Shown here: positions 23,301 to 34,902 of the stretch, in pieces
Layout: the number at the start of each line of letters is the position of its first letter
Numbering within the stretch: position 1 is the first letter of the stretch
NCBI GenBank assembly: GCA_051294375.1
Contig: CM119267.1
Location: forward strand, 15,416,105 to 15,480,104
From: Paraspadella gotoi
Taxonomy: Eukaryota > Animalia > Chaetognatha
Direction of reading: 5' to 3'
Length of the DNA stretch: 64,000 nucleotides
Notes under the pieces: generated by a model
Seen by the model: the letters and a program-made list of their open reading frames with translations, nothing else
Databases searched by the model: none
What the model was told of the DNA's origin: nothing
Program-made: the position numbers and the translations under genes

Positions 23301-26300
23301 CCATGATTGAGGAAGATGTTAATCCACGACCCAACAACGCTATGATGGCATGAAGACATGTTAAGGGAGATCCTAAAACACCAGCATCCTGAAGTTCTGC
23401 CTTGTTTGTTGGCTTCTTAGTGTCAAAACCTAACAAAAAATGGGCGAGATTTGGCGAGGGATGATCTATAAGACTCTCGAGTATGAGCTGTAAAATATTT
23501 TGGCGAGAAGCGACTCTTTGAGCAATTTCCGGATCAGAATCTTCTGATATTTGATCACTTTCCTCAGCTTCTAAACATTCAACAAATCCATGAAGTATTT
23601 CAGCAGAAAGTTTGAAGGAAGTCAGCAAAGAAACGAGCTCTTTTTGCATTATGGGACTTTTAGCAATAGATTTGATGATCTCAACAGCACAAAAAGAATG
23701 TTCTGGCAGGCTCATATTAAAAGTTATGAATATAGAAATGGTTGTAATATGGTCATTGGCCCCGGTCCGAGGGTTAATAGTAGTCAATAATGAATCTAAC
23801 TTGGTTAATAGCAAGGGAGATCCGGTCTCTCGAATAGCATCTAAAAACAACTGCTGTTTTTCTAACGTTGTTACTATTAGTTTTAAAGCATAAATTGTTG
23901 CCATTTTCTGGGCTTCAGGCGTAATCGGAGGATAGGCAAGCATCGATGAGCTAATTTCGAAGAGTAAAAGTAATATTTTTTTAAGCAACGCCCCATCTGT
24001 CAACAGATGCACCATAAGAACGAATCCTGGCGGTTTGGCAGATTCAACACTTCCCAATCCTTGCACTTCAACTGTCTGTTCTCCGAAGTGCTCAATAGCC
24101 ACCTCATATTGATTCAACAACTTTAACAAAATTTTCAAAACAGCAGTAGCTATTTCCCACTTTTGATTTGCATCTTTGTAAGCTCTTTGATCAAACTTAA
24201 GAAAGACTTCATTGATGAGGTACTCAAGATACGGACCAAAGCCTGGAATTCTCATTCCAGCGCCCAAGGCAGAAGGAATAGGAATATCTGTGAGAACATC
24301 GAGAAGTCGAATAAAGGCTAAAGTTATGGGGTACTCTTCGTTCCGCGACTCAACCTCCAATAGTTCCATTTCTATGTCTGAGGAACGCTCAATCTTTTTC
24401 ACAGTCTGAAAAACTTGCGACGCTTCCAAAGCTTGCCAAAGACTAAGGGCTACTTCCGGCATTGAGGCAAAGGCAGAAAGGACGTCAAACAGCGCTGCCT
24501 TTAAATTTGGTGGCACGGAGCATCCGGCCAAACCGAGAAACAACACGGCTACTGAGTAACGAGGATCTTCAATCAGCGACAGGCGTGCTGCCTCGTCATG
24601 GCGAATCACGACCTCCATAAGTCGCAAGACAGCTAATAAACCATCGAGCTCCTGACCGCTGATACTGCCACCTAAACTGGCACGTGTACCAGATGTGGCA
24701 ACAGAGGCCTCGTGTCTTAAGGCTACGAAATATTGGTTGAGGGATGAGAAAAAATGATCCCACGACACTGAAGATCCATGCGTCCCTTTTAAGTGCGAAC
24801 CCTGAGATCCATTGACCTTCAATAAATTGTTAACATGTTTAGCCGAGTTTCTTCCGTTGGCAAGACCACGAAGCATTCGTAAGTAAGGGACAAAGATTGA
24901 CGGGTATAAGAGCTCGCCGCTGGAGCGGACAAATTTGTGAAGAGAAACTTGACGTTGGGGTGGCGTCGAAGAAGAGACAGGTCGGGAGAATGTAGATGAG
25001 AAAGATGAAGGAATCAAGGATGATGAAAACGCGGTAGAAAGGTTTAGGTCGGAGCCTTGGGTTGGACACCAATATTCAAGGGAGAGCTCTAAGCCAAGAG
25101 GATCTTTTGAGTAGAATTCGCCTATCACTTCCAGAAGATTTTGAAACTCTTTTCCAGCGGAAGCAGAGGCGTTGGTTGGTGGATCGCGACCTTCTTGAAG
25201 GCAGGTCAGAAGAGTACGGGCGTGTTCATCAGCGCGATTTCTAAGTTCTTTTAGCTTCGCGGGCATTTGAACAATAAGATCGGTGATGAGGCGATGGACA
25301 GCTCGCTGGAAAAATTCGTCCCCTGTTAGAGGAAATTAGAAATTAAATAAGGAAATTAAATTATTTCAAGTAGCAAGCACTATAACTAGTCGAACCGTAA
25401 AAGGCAGATGATTTAAGAATGCCTTCCATAATGAAATCTAGAGCGCCATTGGAAAGTCCTTGCTCGACAATGGCTTCATCTTGTTCCAACACTTCGGTAG
25501 CAGGCATTGGCGCCGGTGCTCCTCCAATGTTCAGCGTCGTGGACGACTGATGAAGCCCTCCCCTATTTGACAATTGACGAAGCGCTAAGCCCCACGCTAA
25601 TTGGACGACGCCCAAGGCGCCCACTGAATTCCAGGTCGTTGTTGGACCAAGGCACAGCTGATTGTGAATCTGAATGTAAAAATTTAAATATTACAGGTAC
25701 CAATTAACAGGTATTTTTTAAAAAAATTTCCGACTTATGTTACCTGTTTCATGTATTCTACGTTGGACGTCATTGGCAGACGTTGCAAAATTTCGTCCGA
25801 ATCCTCTGAGGATTCGAGAATGGAAACGTCGACGGCGTAAAGACAACTCATCAACAGAGTAAGCGACATTCCGCCTAAAAAAAAAAAATCAATAGACGAC
25901 TATCGAGACTATTCAGACCAAAATTTTCCCTCGCGAACCCATGGAGGCGTCGACGCTGGAAGATAAAACGTCCCGCTCCCTGAAAAAAGCCAACAAGCGC
26001 TTCGTGTCCTCGAGATTCAATCCAGTTTGGGCGGAGAGTGCAAAAATGATTTCTGTCATGGCCAATCCGCTGTCGTAGTAGATATCTCGAACCTGAAAAA
26101 ATTCAAATGAATTGTTAAAATTTCAATTTTTTTTCCATTTTTACTTAAATAGTGTTCGTTCGTTAAAAAAATAAAAAGCACCTGCTTCCTGTGCTTAGGT
26201 AGACCGATCCCCCTTTCGGAACTCAGCTTTTCTGACTCGGCCACCCAATCGAAGGCGCAGACGAGATCGAGCAGCTGACCGACGATTCCGACGGCCACCA

Positions 26301-27320
26301 ACTCTTCGGTCAACTGTTGAGCAAAGACCGACACTTCGGGCGACAGATTGAGCGTCCAGCACCGACCGGGTCGAGCCTAAAATAAGGTTATTGGTCGTAC
26401 AGCCTAATAGTATTTAAATTACTTTGATGACAAGACGTTAAACTTTTAGTTTAATTGAATTAAATTTGATACAAAATAAAAAATTCGCATAGATTCACCT
26501 GCATAAGCGTCCTAAGAGCCCAGAGCAGCTTTCGTTGGGAGTCGTAGTAAAGCACAACGGCGACGAGGCCGCGACTTAGACCTGGAAAGTAGGGTTGCTG
26601 CGATTCGGCAGCCTCCAAAAGCCGCACCGCTGCCATCTCGTTCAAGTTGAACAAGTCGCTTAGAATGACGGCCTCGTCGACGAACCGCTTATCCCACTGG
26701 GATGACGCCTTACCACGAAAAAACAAAACATTTCGATATTACACAACCTCGATTTAAATTTAATGACCTTTCTCACAGCAAATACCTCCGTGGCTTCTTT
26801 CAACAGTTTTGTTCTTTGAGGCGCATTTCTGGGTGGATTTTTGAGGAGAGACTTTATTCTGGGCATCAACGCCTTTGTCGCGTTCTGTAACGAAAAATAT
26901 AAAAAGAGCGAAATTAAAAATAATAGCGTATCTAATATCTATCAAAAACTTCGGTCATATAACTAAAGAAATTAAAAATCTAGATACCGGAATTGCTTGC
27001 ATGTTTTTAAATAACTTTCCAATTAATCAACATAAATCTCTCAACAATTTTTGTGAAACACCAGGGCAAGCTCCCACTTGTAAATCTCTGAACGATTCCA
27101 TCTGCTTCTGCTTGACGACTGATTCGACGAGGGCGTTAAACTGAGAATTCTGAACCCAGAGATTTTCCCCTGCCGCCCAGGAGTCGCCGCCGCCGCCGCC
27201 GCCGAGCGAAGGCGTGGAAAACGACATTACGCCGGAGAGGGAGTGGGAGACAGCGGCGTGGGTCATGACCCCGCTGCCCGACGTTTGAAACGCCGAAAAT
27301 CCGTTAAACAAAGACGTCAT
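20359..27320 (-). CDS. NUP205: Nuclear pore complex protein Nup205
   Basis: FVDEAVILSDLFNLNE, QQPYFPGLSRGLVAVVLYYD, VESRNEEYP, WILKTIALELR, DACDAHHVGKMLALSLLD; several small 5' exons plus one ~4.96-kb terminal exon. Confidence 0.93.
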
Positions 27321-27499
27321 GAGTTTTTCGTTTTACGGGCGTTGTAAAATATCTGAATTGAGAATTACAATCAAAAATAACAAATCGCTTTGACTATAAA
27401 ATTTGATATTATAATTTTATAAGAACGAATGAACAAACAAAAAACAGTCAATTAGTAACTCTTAAAGTTAGACTTAATTTCTAAAATATCGTTTCCCCT

Positions 27500-30400
27500 T
27501 TAAGCGTTGATTTTTTCATTGCCTTCTCGATTTTCCTTTCTTTTTTTCTTCTTCTTCTTAATTTTTTCAACTGTCAAAGGTTGGTCATCAGATGTTTCAG
27601 TTTCATAAATAAGTTTATCGTCTTTTTCCTCTTTCCTGTCTTCAACGTCTGTCCTTTCTGTCTCAACCGAGCTCTCGGGTTTGGTCGCAATCGATCCTTT
27701 TTCCCTTTTCTTTTTTTTCTTTTTTTTATCATCGACCTCCATTACGTTCGAGCCGGATTCCTGATTGTCAGAGCAAGCCAGAAGAGAGAGATCCTGATCC
27801 AGGCGCCGGTCCTCCGAAGAACGCTCATTTCGGGATTTCTTTCTCATTGTGTCCGCAATATCAGCCTCATTCGATTCCATTTTCTTCTTTTTCATCTTTT
27901 TTTTCTTTTTTCTCATTTCACCCTCGACATTCGTCATGATTTGGGTTTTGGTTGACTCAACCCCACTTTGAAACTGTTGGCCATCCGACGCGATCTTATG
28001 AGTATCATTTTGTTTGCTTTGTTCTTTTTTCGGCGTCACTGGTAATTCAAAGCTCAGATCAAAAGAAAGAGAGAGATCCTGATCTTCATTTTTCTTTTCC
28101 ATCTTCGTAGCTTCGGGTTGGTCGCAAGTATTCAGGGTAGTTGTGGGGGTGGGCCCGACAGCGGTGTCTCTAGACGTAGGAGAATCTCGGAGCTCATCCA
28201 TGGTCGCGGAAGCTTCTGCCTCATTTCTCGCTGAAATTAGATCCGGAACTGACGCGCCTTGAGACAAGTCAGAAGATAAAGTTTGGTAGAGACTTTGATT
28301 TTTTTTCTTTTTCTTCTTTTTGGGTTCATAACTCGTCTCGTCCATCGCACCATCACAACGTTTCGATTCTTCCCCCTTCCGTTTCTTTTCCTTTTTATCA
28401 TTTCTCTTTTTCTCCCGAACATCGACTTGATCTTGATTCGGAAGAGTCTGGTCAGCGTCCTCTACTACTTCCAGTTTTCTCTTCTTTTTCTTCTCTTTGG
28501 TTCTCTCAATTTCGGATTGGCTATTAATTTCTTTTATCGCTTCTTCACTCTTGGCCTCATTGCCGCTCACGCTCTTTTCTCTTTTTCTTTTTTTTTTCTT
28601 TTTCTTCACTGCTTCCATTTCTTCATCGAGAAATTGAGTGGTCATTTCTTCATTTCGAGTCTCGTTGCCGATCAAGCTTGTCGCCTCGCTGTCTTCTCTT
28701 TTTCGCTTTTTCTTTTTCTTCACTTTATTTCCCGAGTGATACGGAGAATTATCAACATTGGATTCAATGCTACTTTTTTCAGATATTTTCTCCACATCGA
28801 AAACCGTGGACCGAGTGACGTCAAGGTTTTCGTCAACACTTTCTCTATGGACCTCGGTATCATTGGTCACGTGAGCACTTTCGCACTCGGTGGCGTCAAT
28901 CCCTTCACGAATTCGCTTTTTTTGTTTCTTTTTCTTCTTCTTATGACTTAGAGACTCATTCTCGGTCATCATTGTTATCGTTGTGGATTTCGCTTCCAAG
29001 GATTCCACTGTGTCATGGAACTCGTCCGCCAGACTGGGTTGAGCCGAAGCGAAGGACTCCTTATCCTCGGCTTCATCTCTGAAAGAGTCGAGGCTCGATT
29101 CTTCGGTTGTCGCCACTTTCGATTCCATATCTTTCTCAACGAAATTCTCGTCGTCGTATTCCGGTCTACAAAGATCCTCATTAAAATCTGAACTTTGACT
29201 TTCTTTTCTCGATTCTACGTCCGACATCTTCGTTTGATCCGAATCGGGGATGCTTTCCTCCATTTCCTTGGGGCCGTCGTTTTCGTCATTCCCCCATTTA
29301 TCAACGGTCGTTTTTTTTTCGTTAGAATTGGCGGGCGATTCGTCTCTGTCATAACTAGTATTCTTGGTTTTGTTAGAGATACTTTTTTCCAGACCCGAAT
29401 TCCGTTTTTCTGCTGCCCCTTGGGACGATTTCCTAAAATGATCTTCTTCCACCAGCCTCGTCTTCGTCACCTCCTCCAACCCAATCTCTCCACAGAATTT
29501 GCTCAATCCCGCCAAATAAGTTCGAGACTTCGTGCTCGGCGAAAGAAAAAGAGGGGCCGCTAGTTGCGACGCCGGAGAGCCGAACGGCGCCGCTCCGAAA
29601 GCTGGGGCCGTTTGAATCCGCTTTTGCACGGTAACGACCGGAACCCGAAGAGGAGCCGCACGCAACGCCCCGATTTCTCCGTCGCTGATCATCGGCAGAT
29701 ATTTGTGGGAGGGTTTGGCCATGGAGACGCACTGCACGACTGCATCGTTGGCGGCCGAACTCATTGAAAACGTGTCGGCGCCCGACAACGGTATATCCAC
29801 TTCCATCTGCTTTCTATCGGCGACGAGAAAGGCAGGGATGCGGAGAATCGCCAATTTGTAGCGAGGATCAGCCAACTTGTGCGCCAGGTCGCGACACTCG
29901 TACGATTTAGATGCTCTATAGCCGGCGACGGGCGCCGCGATGGGAAGTTTCGCCATTTCGACCCGCGCCTTCTCATCGACGGGAGCTTCGGTCAGTTTCG
30001 TCATGTCGAAATCGTTAAATAAATCCGGTTCGGACTCCGTGTCACTCAAAGCGTCAAAAAACGAGAGATTGTCCTTAAACGCCGACTGCTCGATGGGCGG
30101 CTTCCTCGCGGATTTCGCCGCCGACTTGGCCGCTGATTTCGCCTCCTTCTCCGGACTTTTCGTGGCCTTCGACAATTCCTGGGAAGGTTTTTCCCGAGTC
30201 CCGAGGCTTTTCTTCCGGCCACCGATCGAGGAGCGTTGAGTGGAAATCGCCTGACTAGAGGGGATAAAGTCGTCGGCATCGGCTTCTGATTCCGAGTTCA
30301 AAGTCTCCACTGCCGACAAGCAGTTGGAGGAGAGGATGGTCTCATTATTCGAGGGCGTCAAGTCGGCGCGAGGCGTCGCCCTGGATTCGTGATTCTCTTT

Positions 30401-30607
30401 TTTCTTCTTTTCCGATTCGGCGCGAGGGTCGCCGCCAGTCGGTTTAATCTTATTAGGCGTCGCGTTGGCATCGCGAGCGACGGGAGCGTGTGTCGGCGAG
30501 GCCTTTGAGGATTCGAGTTTCTCGACTGCTTCGGGCGGCGAATTCTCCGCGCCGTAGAGTCCTTCCAGCATGTTGTTGAGGTCGTCGTCGGAATCGGACG
30601 TTGCCAT
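27500..30607 (-). CDS. Intronless lysine-rich nucleolar-type protein, probable RNA polymerase I subunit RPA34/POLR1G (PAF49)-like
   Basis: Folded block LADPRYKLAILRIP...DIPLSGAD...GALRAAP resembles remembered POLR1G LTGPDTELWLIQAP...VPLSGSQ...GGLTCAS; long tail of poly-K tracts. First ATG at 30607. Confidence 0.55.
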   Translation of the reverse strand: MATSDSDDDLNNMLEGLYGAENSPPEAVEKLESSKASPTHAPVARDANATPNKIKPTGGDPRAESEKKKKENHESRATPRADLTPSNNETILSSNCLSAVETLNSESEADADDFIPSSQAISTQRSSIGGRKKSLGTREKPSQELSKATKSPEKEAKSAAKSAAKSARKPPIEQSAFKDNLSFFDALSDTESEPDLFNDFDMTKLTEAPVDEKARVEMAKLPIAAPVAGYRASKSYECRDLAHKLADPRYKLAILRIPAFLVADRKQMEVDIPLSGADTFSMSSAANDAVVQCVSMAKPSHKYLPMISDGEIGALRAAPLRVPVVTVQKRIQTAPAFGAAPFGSPASQLAAPLFLSPSTKSRTYLAGLSKFCGEIGLEEVTKTRLVEEDHFRKSSQGAAEKRNSGLEKSISNKTKNTSYDRDESPANSNEKKTTVDKWGNDENDGPKEMEESIPDSDQTKMSDVESRKESQSSDFNEDLCRPEYDDENFVEKDMESKVATTEESSLDSFRDEAEDKESFASAQPSLADEFHDTVESLEAKSTTITMMTENESLSHKKKKKKQKKRIREGIDATECESAHVTNDTEVHRESVDENLDVTRSTVFDVEKISEKSSIESNVDNSPYHSGNKVKKKKKRKREDSEATSLIGNETRNEEMTTQFLDEEMEAVKKKKKKRKREKSVSGNEAKSEEAIKEINSQSEIERTKEKKKKRKLEVVEDADQTLPNQDQVDVREKKRNDKKEKKRKGEESKRCDGAMDETSYEPKKKKKKKNQSLYQTLSSDLSQGASVPDLISARNEAEASATMDELRDSPTSRDTAVGPTPTTTLNTCDQPEATKMEKKNEDQDLSLSFDLSFELPVTPKKEQSKQNDTHKIASDGQQFQSGVESTKTQIMTNVEGEMRKKKKKMKKKKMESNEADIADTMRKKSRNERSSEDRRLDQDLSLLACSDNQESGSNVMEVDDKKKKKKKREKGSIATKPESSVETERTDVEDRKEEKDDKLIYETETSDDQPLTVEKIKKKKKKRKENREGNEKINA

Positions 30608-31104
30608 TCTGCTCAAGGCAACACGTCGGCCTGCTAAGATTAATTCCTATTAGATATTTGAATATGAAAAGACCAGCAAAAGTTGGAGCTCAAGCTTCAG
30701 AACGTGTAACGGAAGATTTTATGGTTCGTGCCATTATCTGAAAACGGCACGTGAAGGCAAAAAAATGAAGCCGTTTTTGTTTTCTTAACAGAGACCAACA
30801 AGGCTGCCTTTTTTGAGCCGACGCCATTGAACAACAAATTTAATCTTCTGAAACAAATGAACGTGCAAAGGCCCCAAAAATTAATTCCGCGACTAGGATA
30901 GCTTATCAAGTGTAAAAAAACACTTAAAAGTGAACTATGGTCATTAAAACTGAAAATCACTAATTCAAGTTGAAACAACCTGTCGAGCCATATATTAAAT
31001 AAAAACGATCCAATGATTCAGTCTTGATAACGCAAGGAATACAATTTTCCGGCCTAAACAAAAGACGTTTTGCTGACTTAGGGTTTGCATTGTGAGACTT
31101 AGTA

Positions 31105-31234
31105 GGGCTATCTTGCCCCTAACTTTGGATAGGCTTTGGTGGTTGAAGGCCTCCATCACTCTTACAAGATAATGATATAGTCGGTCCCTGCAAGCCTTCA
31201 ATAAAGACTGTCACAGTCTCGTTCATTCACTCCC
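31105..31234 (-). repeat. Dispersed repeat copy between ORC3 and the POLR1G-like gene
   Basis: gctatcttgcccct...aggcctccatcactcttacaagataatga...gtccctgcaag...cacagtctcgtt.attcactccc is the reverse complement of the 54978-55108 core. Confidence 0.85.
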
Positions 31235-31439
31235 TCTTCATTTTACTTCTACTTTATTTATTATTCAGTTTCTCTGGATAAAAATGTCAGTTCAATAAAA
31301 TTTTAAACGAGAGATTCAAGGCAAAGGTATATTTCTCGAAAATTAAACAAATTCATAAAAAATAAACATTTAAGTAAATTTGGATGTTTAGAGAGAAGAT
31401 TTTCAATCAGAAGTTGATGGTAAAACGATCAGGAGGCAA

Positions 31440-34400
31440 TTAAGATCCCCAAGTGAGCCTTATCACGTGATCGGTTTTTTTGGTTGTAGGTCCGATGAAG
31501 CCAAGAAACTGCAATTCTGAAACGGCCCGGATGAATCGCGCCTGAAGGACCGGATCCGGCTTTTTTCCGTCCGCCTCATCTAAAAAATGTTGTTTACTCG
31601 AGTTTGGTCATTTTATTATATTATCAAATTTGAAAATAATAAGACCTTTTTCTTCGTTTCCATCTTCGTGCCCGACTCGAACCACCTGAACAAAAGCCTG
31701 CAGCCAATCGTAAAGGTTTATATATCTAGGGCATTCTTGGTGCAGTTTGTAAGCGACCGAGACGTCAGGATAAGTAGCCAAGATTCTGTTCTTGTCCTCG
31801 ACGCCACCCTTGCAACATTCGCACTGGAGGTAGAGTTGCGGTAAAGCTAAGGCCCGAGATATCGATGCCCTCGGCGCCGGATTGAGAATCGCGCGGAGAT
31901 GGTGATGCCGATCGAAGTAAATCGCCTCGTGAAAGATCTGGCTTTTCGGCGACAATACGGTCGTTCTGAAAAAATCATCCAGGACGTCGAGCGTCTCCTT
32001 TCGGATTTTTTCGAAGCGCGAGAGAGACGGCGTTTTGGCGGCCATCTGCGTCTGCAGCGAAGCCTTTAACTCGTGGAGTTTGAGGCCTTTCTTCACCCCC
32101 GGTTTGACGGTCTTCGTCGAGGGGACGAAAGGCGACGAAGAAGCGCGGGTCTCCGCTTCTTCTTCCTTCTCGTTGTCGACATCAACGAGACGTCGCACGA
32201 AGTCCAACAACTTTTCCGTCAACTCTGCCACCAACTTTGACGACTCCAGCTTCTCGTCCGCTACTTCCTTCACAACAGCCTCTAACTTTCCGGTTAATTC
32301 CTCTTTACCCAACATCCTTAGCAACTGCATGGCGTGGGCGTAGACAGGACACTCCTTAGCGTCCAATTTGAGGTGCGTCTCGTAAAGGGCGTGGAGGCGC
32401 TGGCCAAACGGACGGCGAGGTAGATTGCGTCCCAGGACGAAAAGGAGGCGAACGGCGGCGAGAAAGTCGCGGTGCCTGTCGTGAAGCTGAAGGATCTTTG
32501 ACTGAAGGAATCCACGAAAAGGCGAATCCAAAGCCAGGGCACTTCGAGTCTCTTCGTTCGCGGACTCTAGATATTCCTAAAAAAAAAAACACCATAAAGG
32601 ATAAAATAAAATCAATTACCCTCCAGGGTATCACCTTGAACGAGGGAATAGCTTTAATTGCGCCGATGTCCTCTTTTCCCAGCCTTTGGACTCTTTTGAC
32701 CACGTCATTTTTTTCACAACAAAAATAACTGATAGGATTTCCGAGAAAATGTTCTATGAGGCAGACCTGCAAATGGAAAAAACAAAAATATCCTTAAAAC
32801 AATACATTTTTCTCTCGCTTTCTTTCTCTCCATCAAAATATCGGCTCTTTGGTCAATCAACGACCTTTAAAGTTTAAACGACCTGCAAACTGGCCACAAA
32901 ATTGGAGACGGAAAAATCGTGATAGTGAAAGACTTCACGGAGAAAGGCGAAAATTTTGGGGCCGAGTTTGAAGGGAAAGTCGGGCGCCAAGAGCGTCTGA
33001 TCGATGAGCGCCGAAAGGTAATCGACGGCCAAAGGGGATTGAAAAGTTTGTATGGCCAAAAGCGAAGAGACAGAGTGAGAGAGGAGTTGGTGGACTGTGG
33101 TCACTGAAGTCGCGATGCTACCATAATAATTAGGAAAATGAAAAATGTCAAAACGGATTAATTCAATTTTCACTTTTTTAACAGCTGACCTAAAAATAAA
33201 AACGAAAGGAACGCCCTCGGATCCGTGATGACCGGAACAAGAGACAATGAGCCGTTCCAAGACACCGGAATCAAACCTCTCCAGATCTTCGAAGACCACG
33301 ACGACGGGAGCCCGGTCGGGAACCTACTGAATAGGAGGAGAGATCACAATCAAAATTCCACAAATATCTCACAACAAGCGATCGTACCGTTTCCTTGTAC
33401 CAAGCGGTCAACACGGGCAGAGTGCAAAGCGAAGTTTTCCTTCGCTTAGCACCAACGGCGGTTCCCACGTCCTCGTCGTCTTCATCTTCGTTGGTCGTAT
33501 CCAGAGACGAGGCTATAGAATTAAACGAGGCGCGGTTATAATGATTGTCAAACTTGTGTAATGTATATATAAGTATACAAGAATAGGAAGATTGGTGAAC
33601 CTTGCGAAGACGGCAACGATTCGTTATTTATCAATTGAGAGACCAAATTAACCATCGTGTTCCGCACATTGCCGCAATTGTTGCTATTTAATGTCACGAT
33701 ATAAGGGGAGATTTTGTCCTGAAAATAAATCCTTATTATAACAATATCTGTAGATACTGAATACTGATCAATATCTATTTCTTTTGGGCAGACCAAATTG
33801 AATTTTTTACCTCGATTTTCTCCTTTAAAGTTTTCATAGCCAATTGATGGTCGGTCAGATTAACCCCTAACACCACAGCGCCGGTAGGTATACTCCCTAA
33901 GAAATGAATGATCATTGGAGTTGTATCAAGAGCCTAAACGGATTCAACCGATCAGAACGACTAAGAAGCAACCGAGGTCAGAGATCAGTTTAAATTCAAA
34001 ACTACGACTCGATTGCTAAACCTAGATAAACGGTTTATTTTCCACGACACTATTCTAAACTACGTATTAGTCTATTTTCTACTATTGTACTATTCTCCAT
34101 TCCTTCACCTGCCCCTTCTTTTTCTTTCCTCATTCTCGCGGCCTGAGTTTCGACGAAAGCGACGACGGCGTCGAAGACTTTAAGGTGAAGTTCCTTTTTG
34201 AGTTTTGACTCGCCGTCTCGGGCCAGTCGATCCAACAGCGTCTGTAATGTAGCGAGACGCATCGCCAACCATTTGCCCTGACCGAATAAAGCGTCGGGGT
34301 TGTCTGCCGGCGGTAAAACGGATTCGGCGGCGGCCACGTCGTCTTCGTCCATGTCCAAGTAATTTTTTAACTCGAGTCTCGACCTCCGGCCCTTGGAAGC

Positions 34401-34463
34401 GAAGCATCCCCGTGAAATGGCTGAGGCCTGAGAGGCCGAAGCCTGAGAACAAGAGATTTCCAT
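31440..34463 (-). CDS. ORC3: Origin recognition complex subunit 3
   Basis: [77 protein letters not shown]...[10 protein letters not shown]. Confidence 0.93.
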
Positions 34464-34893
34464 CGTATCCGACAGTCTAGCTTTTTTTCAAAATTAACTG
34501 CGATAGTTACGATTCCTTCGATTCTCAAAAGTTACAACTCGTTACAACTTTGTCAGTAAATCGTACTCATCTAAAAAAACCGCAATATTTTAAGTTTCTT
34601 AGTTTTATTTCGAAATGAAATCAACGTATCCTAAAAAGACAAGCATAAAATAAGAAGATGAAAAGTAAAATGTATTTTTTGTTTGGTACGTAACAGAACA
34701 CATGCGCAAATACAATTTTTTTGCCAGAAAAACTTTAGTTTAATTAATCTACGTATATGCGTTAAAACGGACAAAACAAAAAAGTCTTTCAATTGACAAT
34801 TAGGCCTTTACTCGTTTTGGCAACTAACTAAAAGTAAACAAACCGACTCAAAACAGTCTTCGCCGAAAGTAGGCGAATTTAAAAACGAATATA

Positions 34894-34902
34894 GGCCAAT
34901 CA
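34894..34902. promoter_or_regulatory. CCAAT box upstream of ORC3
   Basis: GGCCAATCA about 430 bp upstream of the ORC3 ATG, in the widest intergenic gap. Confidence 0.35.
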
